Part shown: positions 19,371 to 28,591 of the stretch, one piece after another
Numbering within the stretch: position 1 is the first letter of the stretch
How the letters are laid out: every line of letters starts with the position of its first letter
NCBI GenBank assembly: GCA_963817385.1
Contig: CAWFOM010000016.1
Location: 64,001-128,000 of the forward strand
DNA length: 64,000 bases
Origin: an uncultured delta proteobacterium
GTDB lineage: Bacteria; Desulfobacterota; Syntrophia; Syntrophales; UBA5619
Direction: 5' to 3'
Notes under the pieces: model-generated
Databases searched by the model: none
Told to the model about the DNA's origin: nothing
What the model saw: the letters and a program-made list of their open reading frames with translations, nothing else
Translations under genes and position numbers: made by a program

Positions 19371-21221
19371 CTAATGCGGCGCCGCTAAAAAAGCATAAAG
19401 CATCATGAACAGGAGGGCAATCCCCAAGAAAAGAGCAAGAAAGCCGAATCCTTTGAAAAAGAAATCGAAGAAAACACCTCTTCTCTTCGTAACCTTAAAT
19501 TGTTCGGTGCTCCCCTCCCGTTCGTAACGCTGCCATTGATCACGACGTTCCTCGATAAACTCATGTTTCGACAGCTGGCCGTTAAAAATGACGAAGTCCA
19601 TGGGAAATTTCTCGGGGCGGAAGTGGGTATTGAAGAAATGCACGGTAAAGATGAAGCCCGTGGCAAGCAGGGCCTCATCGGAATGGACGATGGTCGCCAG
19701 GTTAAACATCCAGCCGGGAAGAATGCTGCCGAAAAACTCCGGGAACCAGAGCATCAGGCCGGAGCCGCCGATGGCGAACATGCCCCAGAAGACTGCCAGG
19801 AAATCGAACTTCTCCCAGTACGTCCAGCGCTCAAAGGTCGGTTTCGGCCCCTTGAAAAAGAACCAGCGGATCATGCCCGTGATATCCCTGACATCCCGCT
19901 CATTGGGACACAGTGAATCCGGACCGAGGAGCCGCTCCATCCAGTTTCCCGGGATATCCTTTCGGATAAAGAGAAAATGGATGCATAAGAAATTTGCCGA
20001 TAGGAAATAAACAAAGGTAACCACGGCGCATATCCTGTGGATCAAGGCGGCGTTTGCAGTGCCGCCGAACAGCGCCATCAGAAGTTTTGACAATTCCTGA
20101 TCGCTGAACTTAAGCGGTAATCCGGTCAAGGCGAGGCCGAGGAAACTGACCATTACAAGGATATGCAGGATAATCTGGCGACCGTTGAAACGGCGGTACC
20201 GATTAAAGCCGCCGGGCAGATGCCCGATAGCCCCTTCCTCAAGTAGTGCCGCTTTTTCCCGGTTCTCCACAAATCCGCGGTATAGCCAGAGGAGCGTATG
20301 GATCCAGAAAACGGCGAAGGTGCTGATCAAAAGGGTCATCATCCCTAAAAATGTCCAGTACAGCAGCGGATATTTCCCCCTGTCCGTGTGCTCCCCGTGA
20401 GCATAGAATTTAGTAAAGTTTGTCGTGGCGTGCTTATGGCACTGTCGGCACGTAGTCACCAGATTGGCCGGATTGACGGCGGAACGCGGGTCTGCTGCTT
20501 TCTGCACGGAATGGGCCGTATGACAATCGGAACAACCGGCGACCTTTTCCGGATAACCGAGTCGATAGTTTTTCCCGTGATAACTATCCATGTAAGTACT
20601 GATCGCCACATTGAAGACATTGTTACGCTTCATCATCTTTTCATCACTATGGCACCTCAGGCAGACCTTGGTATGGAATACCCGGTCGGTATGGAACTTC
20701 GGGTCATTCATCGGCTTAATATCATGGAGATTATGACAATCGTTGCAGGCGGCAGAATCCTGATTGCCGGCTGTCACCGCTTGCCCGTGGATGGATTGTC
20801 GGTAAATTGCCTCATGGTCGTGGCACTGGATGCACTTGGCAACGACAATACGTTTGTCATTTTTCCAGTACCGGTGCGAGTGTATGTCAGTGTGGCAATC
20901 AGCGCATTGTACATCCTTTTGTATATGTACACTGGCATAATGCTCGGCATTTTCCCTTTTATGACAGCGCTCGCACCTGACCTTATCCATTTTGATTTCA
21001 CCCTTCACGTGCCGGGAAAGGTCGGTAAGCTGGACATGGCAGCTATTACAGCCATTTTTTCCATGAACGGAAGCGACAAAAGAAGCGGCGGAGATTTTAT
21101 CACCGTGGCAACCGAGGCAGGTGGCCGGATCAACAGCCATACCCTGATCAGCCCACAGGGGGTGGGCAAACAGCAAAACGAGCAAGATCACGGACGACAT
21201 GCGGGAAATTATCTTCAACAT
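19371..21221 (-). CDS. cbcL: CbcL-like c/b cytochrome (9 c-hemes plus cytochrome b membrane domain)
   Basis: AGGAGG RBS, signal peptide, nine CxxCH, then TM domain with TGLPLKF, IHR, RWTYWEKFDF.AVFWG, HSDEALLA, VHFFNTH. Confidence 0.85.
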   Translation of the reverse strand: MLKIISRMSSVILLVLLFAHPLWADQGMAVDPATCLGCHGDKISAASFVASVHGKNGCNSCHVQLTDLSRHVKGEIKMDKVRCERCHKRENAEHYASVHIQKDVQCADCHTDIHSHRYWKNDKRIVVAKCIQCHDHEAIYRQSIHGQAVTAGNQDSAACNDCHNLHDIKPMNDPKFHTDRVFHTKVCLRCHSDEKMMKRNNVFNVAISTYMDSYHGKNYRLGYPEKVAGCSDCHTAHSVQKAADPRSAVNPANLVTTCRQCHKHATTNFTKFYAHGEHTDRGKYPLLYWTFLGMMTLLISTFAVFWIHTLLWLYRGFVENREKAALLEEGAIGHLPGGFNRYRRFNGRQIILHILVMVSFLGLALTGLPLKFSDQELSKLLMALFGGTANAALIHRICAVVTFVYFLSANFLCIHFLFIRKDIPGNWMERLLGPDSLCPNERDVRDITGMIRWFFFKGPKPTFERWTYWEKFDFLAVFWGMFAIGGSGLMLWFPEFFGSILPGWMFNLATIVHSDEALLATGFIFTVHFFNTHFRPEKFPMDFVIFNGQLSKHEFIEERRDQWQRYEREGSTEQFKVTKRRGVFFDFFFKGFGFLALFLGIALLFMMLYAFLAAPH

Positions 21222-21537
21222 GCTAAGCCTCCTGCAAAATAGCGAATGAAAGAAACGCTGCGTACGACACCTATGACGTTGCACGCAGGCTTTGGTTATG
21301 AACTGATATCGCTGCAGTACGGTAAAAAGTCACGTATCCCTAATACAGAGGTTGGCAAAAAGCAATGAAAAAATTGGCCCTGCTGCCTTCGCGACCTGCC
21401 GATACCGAACATCTATCTGCGAACATCTGCCTTGACTATCATTTTTCTATAAATTACTATCACCGGATATTTATGCGCGGTTATGCGTTACCAACGTATA
21501 GTATGAAACTCACATCGTTACTTGAGGAACAAAACGC

Positions 21538-23130
21538 TTGCGTATCAGCCTTATTTCTAAATTGACCATCGGCATCAGTCTCATCCTGCTTGTCTTCATG
21601 GTGTTTTTTGCGTACATCAATATCGCTACCCTCAAGACCATGCTCCTGGAAGCGGCGATCTCCGATGCCGACAAGTTAAGCGAAACAATCATAAAATCAA
21701 CTCACTATGAAATGCTGGAGGATAACCGGCAAAGGGCCTATGAAATGATCCAGGAGGTAGGCACGCTGCAGGGGATCGAATACATAAGGATGATTAATAA
21801 AAGCGGCAATATAACCTTTTCCACCGAAAAAATTGAGATCGGCAGGTATCTCGACAAAACAGAGGTTGGTTGCAACATGTGTCACACCAGTGATGAACCG
21901 AAAGTGCAAGCCTCCACGATGAACAGGAGCCGGATTTTTTTTGATAAAAACGGCAAGCAGGTAGTAGGGATGGCCAAGGCCATTTACAACGAAAAAAGCT
22001 GTTATGTGTCATCATGCCACTTCCACTCTCCCAAACAGAGGATCTTAGGTGTTCTGGACATCATCGTTTCCCTGGAAAACATGCATACGCTGATAGATAA
22101 TTACCGGAATAAAATCGTTCTTCTGACGGTTTTTCTGCTGTTGTTCATCTCTCTGGCCATCACCTTTTTTACCCATCGCCTCGTAAATCGTCCCGTAAAG
22201 AAACTGCTGACGCAAACCAAGAGAATCGCCCAGGGAGATCTCGATGCCCTCGTGCAAAATGTGCCTCACGATGAAATGGGCGATCTTTCCGACGCCTTTA
22301 ACAAGATGACTGCCAGCCTGAAAAACGCCCGGATGGAACTGGAAGAGTGGGGGAAAAATCTTGAGACGAAAGTAGCAGAAAGGACCAGCGAAATTAAACA
22401 GATGCAGACCCAGTTGATCCGTTCGGAAAAACTCGTTTCCCTCGGAAGACTGGTGGCCGGAATTACCCATGAGATTAACAATCCACTCACGGGCATTTTG
22501 ATGTTCGCCAACTTAACCAGCCAAAGTCCTCAGCTGGACCCGGCTTTAAGAAAAGACATGGACGTCATCATCAACGAAGCCCAGAGATGTGCAAAGATAG
22601 TCAAAGGGTTGCTTGATTTCTCCCGCGAATCGATACCCCAGAAGAAACCGACGTCCTTGAACAAAGTGATGGAGGACACCCTCGCCCTTATCGGCCGCCA
22701 ATCAAGCTTTCACAATATTGAGATCATCAGGGACTATCAGCCGGATTTGCCGCTTATTCCTGTCGATGAGAACCAGATGGAGCAGATTTTTATCAACATA
22801 TTGCTCAACGCCAGCCAGTCCATGCCCAGCGGTGGAAGCATCCACATACAGACCTATACAGAAAAAGAGGAATATGCCTGTCTCACCATTACCGACACCG
22901 GGGCAGGAATCAGTGAAGAAAACCTGGGGAAGATATTTGATCCATTTTTCACTACGAAGAGTGATAAGGGTATGGGGTTAGGTCTTTCCGTTTCTTATGG
23001 GATCATCGAGAGGCATGGCGGCAAGATCGAAGTGCAGAGCAAGGTTAACGAAGGCACAACTTTCACCATCACATTGCCCCTGCACCCGCAGGGCAAAGAG
23101 ACACGTGCCGCCAGCAGCCCTGCCAATTAG
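21538..23130 (+). CDS. Sensor histidine kinase with periplasmic heme c motif and HAMP domain
   Basis: TTG start after GAGG; two TM helices flanking CNMCH and CYVSSCHFH; HEINNPL, N box, DTGAG, FDPFFTTK, G.GLGL. Confidence 0.9.
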   Translation: MRISLISKLTIGISLILLVFMVFFAYINIATLKTMLLEAAISDADKLSETIIKSTHYEMLEDNRQRAYEMIQEVGTLQGIEYIRMINKSGNITFSTEKIEIGRYLDKTEVGCNMCHTSDEPKVQASTMNRSRIFFDKNGKQVVGMAKAIYNEKSCYVSSCHFHSPKQRILGVLDIIVSLENMHTLIDNYRNKIVLLTVFLLLFISLAITFFTHRLVNRPVKKLLTQTKRIAQGDLDALVQNVPHDEMGDLSDAFNKMTASLKNARMELEEWGKNLETKVAERTSEIKQMQTQLIRSEKLVSLGRLVAGITHEINNPLTGILMFANLTSQSPQLDPALRKDMDVIINEAQRCAKIVKGLLDFSRESIPQKKPTSLNKVMEDTLALIGRQSSFHNIEIIRDYQPDLPLIPVDENQMEQIFINILLNASQSMPSGGSIHIQTYTEKEEYACLTITDTGAGISEENLGKIFDPFFTTKSDKGMGLGLSVSYGIIERHGGKIEVQSKVNEGTTFTITLPLHPQGKETRAASSPAN

Positions 23131-23138
23131 CAGGGTGA

Positions 23139-23369
23139 GGTATATATTTTTATACAAGTGACTGTTTATTAATATCTTCCATGGTTATCAATGCGTAGCC
23201 ATCTGAGCCCCAAGTTCCGATCCTTTTTCGACACCTCACCTGTATAAGGTTATTATACATCGCCACCACAAAAAGGTTGTCGGGCAATTTCTTACCAGAT
23301 AAAAAGTATCTAAAAACAATAAGTTAAACTGACAGCCCAGGGCGTTCCTCTCATGGCATGTCCATTGCA
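23139..23369 (+). promoter_or_regulatory. sigma54 promoter P1 with two activator sites and an IHF site
   Basis: GGTATA-N6-TATACA (23139), TGTATA-N7-TATACA (23241), IHF-like AAACAATAAGTTA (23314), TGGCATGTCCATTGCA -24/-12 (23354). Confidence 0.85.
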
Positions 23370-23433
23370 GCATATAAAGTCAAAAGCAGTAGTTTCAGTA
23401 ACAGAAATGATTAACGAAAAAAAGGAGGAAGCC

Positions 23434-23673
23434 ATGAAACTCATAACGGCGATTCTAACGGCGATAATGGTCAACGCAACATCGGCTCTGGCTTCCAGTG
23501 GACAAGAGACGATGGGCACCAGCCTGCTCGTGCTCCTTTTCCTGGGTTTTGGTGCTTTCATTGTCTCATGTCAGCTAATACCCAGTATAGTGCTCTTCTA
23601 CTCGATGCTCAAAGGGCTCTTTGACTGCGCCGCGAAAGGCACGATGCCGAAAACAGGCGTCAAAACGCTATGA
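23434..23673 (+). CDS. Small membrane protein (type found in the Geobacter cbcBA operon)
   Basis: AAGGAGG RBS, signal-like N-terminus, FLGFGAFIVSCQLIP helix. Confidence 0.75.
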   Translation: MKLITAILTAIMVNATSALASSGQETMGTSLLVLLFLGFGAFIVSCQLIPSIVLFYSMLKGLFDCAAKGTMPKTGVKTL

Positions 23674-23700
23674 TGTCAGATACCGTGAGAGGATAAAATC

Positions 23701-24108
23701 ATGCTGGGATTGCTCATTGCAGATAAGGATATGACGACCCGAAAGCAGATGGCAAAACTGCTTATAGAGGCCGGCTACGATGTGACGGTAACTGACTCTG
23801 CGGCAAAAGCCATCAACGGCGTGCTGAAAAAAACCGCCCGGGTTGTGCTTCTGGGAACCGAACTTGATGAACTTACCTCCGCAGAGATGGTACCGCTCTT
23901 AAAACAGTGCAATCGCAAGCTGATGATCATCCTGATTGCTGATGACGCGCCCTTGCCTTTGATAAGGAAGGTACGGAAAGAGGGAATTTTCTACCATGCC
24001 CTGCGCCCCGCAGAACCGGAGGATGAAGAAGAGATCAGGCAGGTGGTAAAGTGCGCCATGGAAAGCCTGACCAGGGCTGATTATGCAAGAAAAGTTCACG
24101 CGAACTGA
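23701..24108 (+). CDS. Stand-alone pseudo-receiver domain protein
   Basis: Receiver-fold pattern LLIADKD...AGYDV, but VVLLG where the phospho-Asp is expected. Confidence 0.75.
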   Translation: MLGLLIADKDMTTRKQMAKLLIEAGYDVTVTDSAAKAINGVLKKTARVVLLGTELDELTSAEMVPLLKQCNRKLMIILIADDAPLPLIRKVRKEGIFYHALRPAEPEDEEEIRQVVKCAMESLTRADYARKVHAN

Positions 24109-24131
24109 ATGAACCACCTAAGGAGGAGCTC

Positions 24132-24380
24132 ATGAAACATATAACCCGCGTTAAAACGATCGGTCCGATGATTGCGACGTTTTTCAATGCCGCCCCCCTG
24201 TGGGCCGCAACCGCTGCCCGGGAGGATAACAGCGATCTGTTTGTGTGGATATTTTTGGCCTTCTGCGCCCTGGTCGTGGTCGCTCAGCTTATTCCCGCCA
24301 TACTGATGCTGTTGGGATTTGCGAAAGGGGTGAAGAAGGAATCCGTTCAACCCGCCCCCGGTCCTACTGATCAGACCTGA
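24132..24380 (+). CDS. Small membrane protein, paralog of 23434-23673
   Basis: AGGAGG RBS; FLAFCALVVVAQLIPA...G..KG. Confidence 0.75.
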   Translation: MKHITRVKTIGPMIATFFNAAPLWAATAAREDNSDLFVWIFLAFCALVVVAQLIPAILMLLGFAKGVKKESVQPAPGPTDQT

Positions 24381-24475
24381 CTTCGCCGGATGGATCATCA
24401 CCGTTTTTCGGCATAGAGGTCAGGGAGTCCTACCGACCGGCAGGGGCTCCAAAAATTCTCTTCACGATATCGAGA

Positions 24476-25918
24476 TTATTGGTTATTTTGCTCGTCCTTC
24501 ACGGATATGCCCAGTTTTTTCAGGAGGGCATGAAAGTTCGGGCGAAGCATTCCCGTCTCTTCCGCGGCCTGCGAAACATTCCAGTTATTCCGCTTGAGGG
24601 CGTTGATGACAAACGCCTTTTCAATCGGTTCTACCGCCCGCTCGCGTATCTGCTTCTTCGTCTCCTTCAATTCCTCCAGGCTGAGCGGAACGATATCCGG
24701 ATCCAGGTATCTCTCCTCCTCCGCGGATCTCAATTCCAGGTTGGCCTTCTGGATGACGTCACCCTCACACAAGACAACCGCCCGTTCCAGGATATTCTCC
24801 AATTCGCGAACGTTGCCCGGAAAGGTGTATCCCTCCAACACCGCCATGGCATCGGGCGCCAGACCCCGCACCTCCTTGCCGATCTCTTCGGAAAACTTAC
24901 CCAAAAAGTGCAGGATCAACAGCGGCAGGTCGCCCTTCCTCTCCCGCAGGGGTGGAAGATTAACCGGAATAACGTTGATGCGGAAAAACAGATCCTCCCG
25001 AAAGGAGCCTTTGGCCACCATATCTCGTAAGGTTATATTGGTGGCCACCACGAGGCGGATATCGATCGGGACCGGCCGGGTATCACCAATGGGAGTCAGA
25101 ATGCGTTCCTGTAAAACTCTGAGGAGTTTCGCTTGGGTCGCAAGGCTTATATTGGAAACCTCGTCCAGAAACAGGGTGCCCCCGTCGGCCACCTTAAACA
25201 GCCCCGTCTTGCTATGGATGGCGCCGGTGAACGAACCTTTTACATGGCCGAACAGCTCGCTCTCCAGCAAGGTTTCCGGAAGCGAGGTGCAGTCCACTGC
25301 AACGAAGGGGTGGTCATGCCGGGCGCTGTTCTTATGTATGGCGCGTGCCACCAGTTCCTTGCCCGTCCCGCTTTCGCCGGTAATCAATACCGTACTGTCG
25401 GTCGGGGCCACCTGCATGATCCGGCGATAGACCTTCTGCATCTCAACGCTTTCGCCGATAAATTCACCAAAGCCATGGCCGTCGCCCGGTAGTTTCTTTA
25501 CCGAAAAACTCTCCGTCGTTGCTATTTTATGGTCTATGGCCTTCCGTACCTTATCAACGATCAGATCCGAGGTAAACGGTTTCGCGATATAATCAAAGGC
25601 ACCGTTTTTCATCGCCTCCACAGCCGTGTCAACGGTTGAGTAACCGGTAATCATGATTACCGGTACTTCCGGTTGCAGTATTTTTATGTTTTTCAACACT
25701 TCGATCCCGTCCATGCCGGGCATTTTCAGATCCGTAATCACTACATCGAAATCGTGTTCCTGGATTTTTTCGATCGCCGATCTTCCGCTGGCCGATGTTT
25801 CCACATAATACCCTTCGGCGGTAAGAATGCGGCGCATCCCTTCCCTGATTACCTCCTCATCATCAACCACGAGGAGAGTGTGTCGGTCCTGATATTTTTC
25901 TTGCTTGCCTTTTTCCAT
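24476..25918 (-). CDS. sigma54-dependent response regulator (NtrC family; BccR-like by context)
   Basis: Receiver VDDE/TDLKMP, GESGTGKE, ESELFGH.KGSFTGA, FREDLFFR, PGNVREL, Fis-type HTH. Confidence 0.9.
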   Translation of the reverse strand: MEKGKQEKYQDRHTLLVVDDEEVIREGMRRILTAEGYYVETSASGRSAIEKIQEHDFDVVITDLKMPGMDGIEVLKNIKILQPEVPVIMITGYSTVDTAVEAMKNGAFDYIAKPFTSDLIVDKVRKAIDHKIATTESFSVKKLPGDGHGFGEFIGESVEMQKVYRRIMQVAPTDSTVLITGESGTGKELVARAIHKNSARHDHPFVAVDCTSLPETLLESELFGHVKGSFTGAIHSKTGLFKVADGGTLFLDEVSNISLATQAKLLRVLQERILTPIGDTRPVPIDIRLVVATNITLRDMVAKGSFREDLFFRINVIPVNLPPLRERKGDLPLLILHFLGKFSEEIGKEVRGLAPDAMAVLEGYTFPGNVRELENILERAVVLCEGDVIQKANLELRSAEEERYLDPDIVPLSLEELKETKKQIRERAVEPIEKAFVINALKRNNWNVSQAAEETGMLRPNFHALLKKLGISVKDEQNNQ

Positions 25919-26100
25919 AATTTGATCGTAAGAAATACCGGTGCGTATCTTTCCCGCAGGAAGTTATAAACGACGAACCGCTTATCGCAATTCTTTGTTA
26001 CTGTATAGTAATTCAACTACTTCGTCAAATCGATGCATCATAAAATATAGCATTTCTTTTCTATTTACCATAGTGAGCATAAAATTACGACGTGTTCCTG

Positions 26101-26330
26101 CGTATATTTTTTTATACAGACCGCCGCTAATGAAATTTGCACCGTATCTCGGGAATGTTGCCACATTGATGCTGTTTTCTATCCGGACACACTATTTCTT
26201 ATGTATAATAATTGCGTACATTTCCCAAGCCGGTTCAAACATCTTTTCCATGTCAATGAATATTATTCTAATGAAATCAATTAATTGTAATTATTTCTCT
26301 CTATTTACGCCGGCTGGCACAACCACTGCA
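26101..26330 (+). promoter_or_regulatory. sigma54 promoter P2 with two activator sites and an IHF site
   Basis: CGTATA-N6-TATACA (26101), TGTATA-N7-CGTACA (26202), consensus IHF AATCAATTAATTG (26275), TGGCACAACCACTGCA -24/-12 (26315). Confidence 0.85.
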
Positions 26331-26379
26331 AGGACGTGGCGCAAGAAGAAAGATCGACCCTGCGCGAAAGAGGAATGCC

Positions 26380-26551
26380 ATAAAAACTATTGGCAGAATG
26401 AGCGGCAATACTGATCCCAGAGGCAGCGACTCATCAGCCGGCGGGTCGGAGGAAATCGGACTTGATCTGATGGCACTGTTTTTTCACATTCGGCGCTTTG
26501 ATCGTAGTCATGCAAACGATTCCCCTTGTTTTTGTGGTGCATTCACGGTAG
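26380..26551 (+). pseudogene. Degenerate third copy of the small membrane protein gene
   Basis: GAGGAATGCC-ATA at the start position; SAGGSEEIGLDLMALF then shifted FTFGALIVVMQTIP, resembling 23434-23673. Confidence 0.6.
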
Positions 26552-26712
26552 AGGGGAGTCATAGATCAACATGCCGAACAGAGGCAGCCTGCTGGGACGC
26601 AAAACTACTCTTAGCAATGATCGATCCCCGGAAATTCGTATCAACGGATGAATAAACGCATTATGATGGTATGTGCCAGCGCTAAGCTCACAAATAGCAA
26701 GGAGGAAGATTA

Positions 26713-27762
26713 ATGAGTCAGACAAAGTGGATTCTGATTTTACTGGCATCAGCGCTCATGTTCATGATGGCGGCGCCGGCCATGGATGCTGCTGAAAACA
26801 ATTGTATGACCTGTCACAGCGAAAAGACGATCATGAGTAACGGGGTACACCTCTATATCGATCCGGTGAAATATGAGTCCACGACACATGCACGCATCGG
26901 ATGTGTTTCCTGCCATGACAGGGTAACAAAGCGTCATCCTGCGGACGGCATCAGACCATCCCGCGCAAAGTGCCAGGATTGTCACGCCGCTGTCGCTGCC
27001 GAGTATGATCAAAGTATGCATGGAAAGAATGCCGGCTGCACTGATTGCCACAAGCCTCATGCCGTTAAATCGCTGCTGGCTGTTTCCGGCCGCGACATCA
27101 ACATCCAGTGCGCCAAGTGTCACGAATATGCGGAAATGGTCAAGAACCACTCCAAGTGGCTGCCCCAGGCGGCGCTCCATATTGACGCATTGCCATGCAT
27201 AACCTGCCATACGGGCTCAAAAAATTATGTAATTACCATGTACATGGCGAAAAATGTAACAGACTCGCCCTTGGGCGGCGTCAAGCTGGCCGTTTTTAAC
27301 GATCTACGGCCGTTTTTATCAGCAGGGAAAAAAGTCGAGTCATTGATCGACGTCAACGGCGATAATTTTCTTTCATTAAGCGAGTTAAAGAAATTCAATA
27401 CCAGCAGTCAATATCGAAGTTTAAGTCTCCTGGGGACAATGATGCCCGAGGTCATAACGCACAATTATCAGATTTTGAATAACCGCTGGGATTGCACCTT
27501 CTGTCATGCCTCGGGACCTAATGCCCAACAGACAAGCTATCTTGCCTTTCCCGAGCAGGATGGCACATATAGCCGAATACCGGTAGAGAGAGGCGCCATC
27601 ATGGACATCCTGTACGGCACCCCGGATTTCTATATGCTGGGATCAACAAGAAGCACCCTGTTGAGCATCATCGGGGCTCTGATCGCAGCCGGGGGACTTA
27701 TGGTGCCCATTTTGCACGGCACATTACGTTTCGTCACCAGAAAGAGAAGAAAGGAGCATTGA
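26713..27762 (+). CDS. cbcA: CbcA-like heptaheme cytochrome c with C-terminal membrane anchor
   Basis: Signal peptide, seven CxxCH, EF-hand-like DVNGDNFLSLSEL, C-terminal TM helix with His. Confidence 0.8.
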   Translation: MSQTKWILILLASALMFMMAAPAMDAAENNCMTCHSEKTIMSNGVHLYIDPVKYESTTHARIGCVSCHDRVTKRHPADGIRPSRAKCQDCHAAVAAEYDQSMHGKNAGCTDCHKPHAVKSLLAVSGRDINIQCAKCHEYAEMVKNHSKWLPQAALHIDALPCITCHTGSKNYVITMYMAKNVTDSPLGGVKLAVFNDLRPFLSAGKKVESLIDVNGDNFLSLSELKKFNTSSQYRSLSLLGTMMPEVITHNYQILNNRWDCTFCHASGPNAQQTSYLAFPEQDGTYSRIPVERGAIMDILYGTPDFYMLGSTRSTLLSIIGALIAAGGLMVPILHGTLRFVTRKRRKEH

Positions 27763-28415
27763 TCATGTCACTCGGAACACCCAAAGAGCTGATATATTTC
27801 ACCCCCACGCCGGTAAGAATATGGCACTGGCTAAACGCCCTCGGCATTGTCACCCTTTGTGTCACGGGCATACAGATCAGATTCCCGGAATATGCCAATA
27901 TCTTCGGTACGTATAAGGCAGCCATCAAACTGCACGATATCGCCGGCGTGACCGTAGCGATCTCCTTCTTCCTCTGGATATTTTACTATCTGTTCGTAGC
28001 GAGGAATCTGGTAAAACTCTATGTCCCCAATTTGGACGATATCAAACAGGGGATCTTCAGGCAGGCTTTTTTTTATTTCTTTGAATATTTTCTGGGGCGG
28101 AAGAATCCCCACGACGCCACGCTGGACAACAAGTTCAATGCCATCCAGAAAATGAGCTACCTGTTCATCATGTTCCTGTTCTTGCCGCTCGTTATCGCCA
28201 GCGGTCTCCTTCTGATGAATGTTGCGCCTCTGCGGGGGTGGATCATCATGATCGGAGGGATCAAGTTTCTCGTGGACGCCCATTACCTGATCGCCTGCTC
28301 CTTTTTTGCCTTTCTCTGCGTCCACATCTACATGGCCACGCTGGGGCATACGCCTTTTGCCCATTTCCGCCAGATGTGGACAGGATGGGAAGAAGTGGAA
28401 ATCCACCACCGGTAG
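27759..28415 (+). CDS. cbcB: CbcB-like di-heme cytochrome b
   Basis: RIWHWLNA, LH, KFN..QK..Y, H...HIYM; four TM helices; overlaps the cbcA stop. Confidence 0.82.
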   Translation: MIMSLGTPKELIYFTPTPVRIWHWLNALGIVTLCVTGIQIRFPEYANIFGTYKAAIKLHDIAGVTVAISFFLWIFYYLFVARNLVKLYVPNLDDIKQGIFRQAFFYFFEYFLGRKNPHDATLDNKFNAIQKMSYLFIMFLFLPLVIASGLLLMNVAPLRGWIIMIGGIKFLVDAHYLIACSFFAFLCVHIYMATLGHTPFAHFRQMWTGWEEVEIHHR

Positions 28416-28591
28416 GCAATATGAATTGACTAATCGGGCATTTTTTTATATTGACAGATTCGCATGGAACGGATGGCTGATTTCCTTCTGATGCCTATTT
28501 CGATGTTCTGGGGGGAAAAGGGTAACAGGGCAAATAGAGGACGGCGTCGCAGGGCTGAGACTCTGTTCTTTTTGTTTTTCCGGAGGCAATC

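Noticed and set aside
26331..26712. Possible cyclic-dinucleotide (GEMM) riboswitch in the long cbcA leader
   Set aside because: No recognisable GEMM core; much of the region is explained by a decayed small gene
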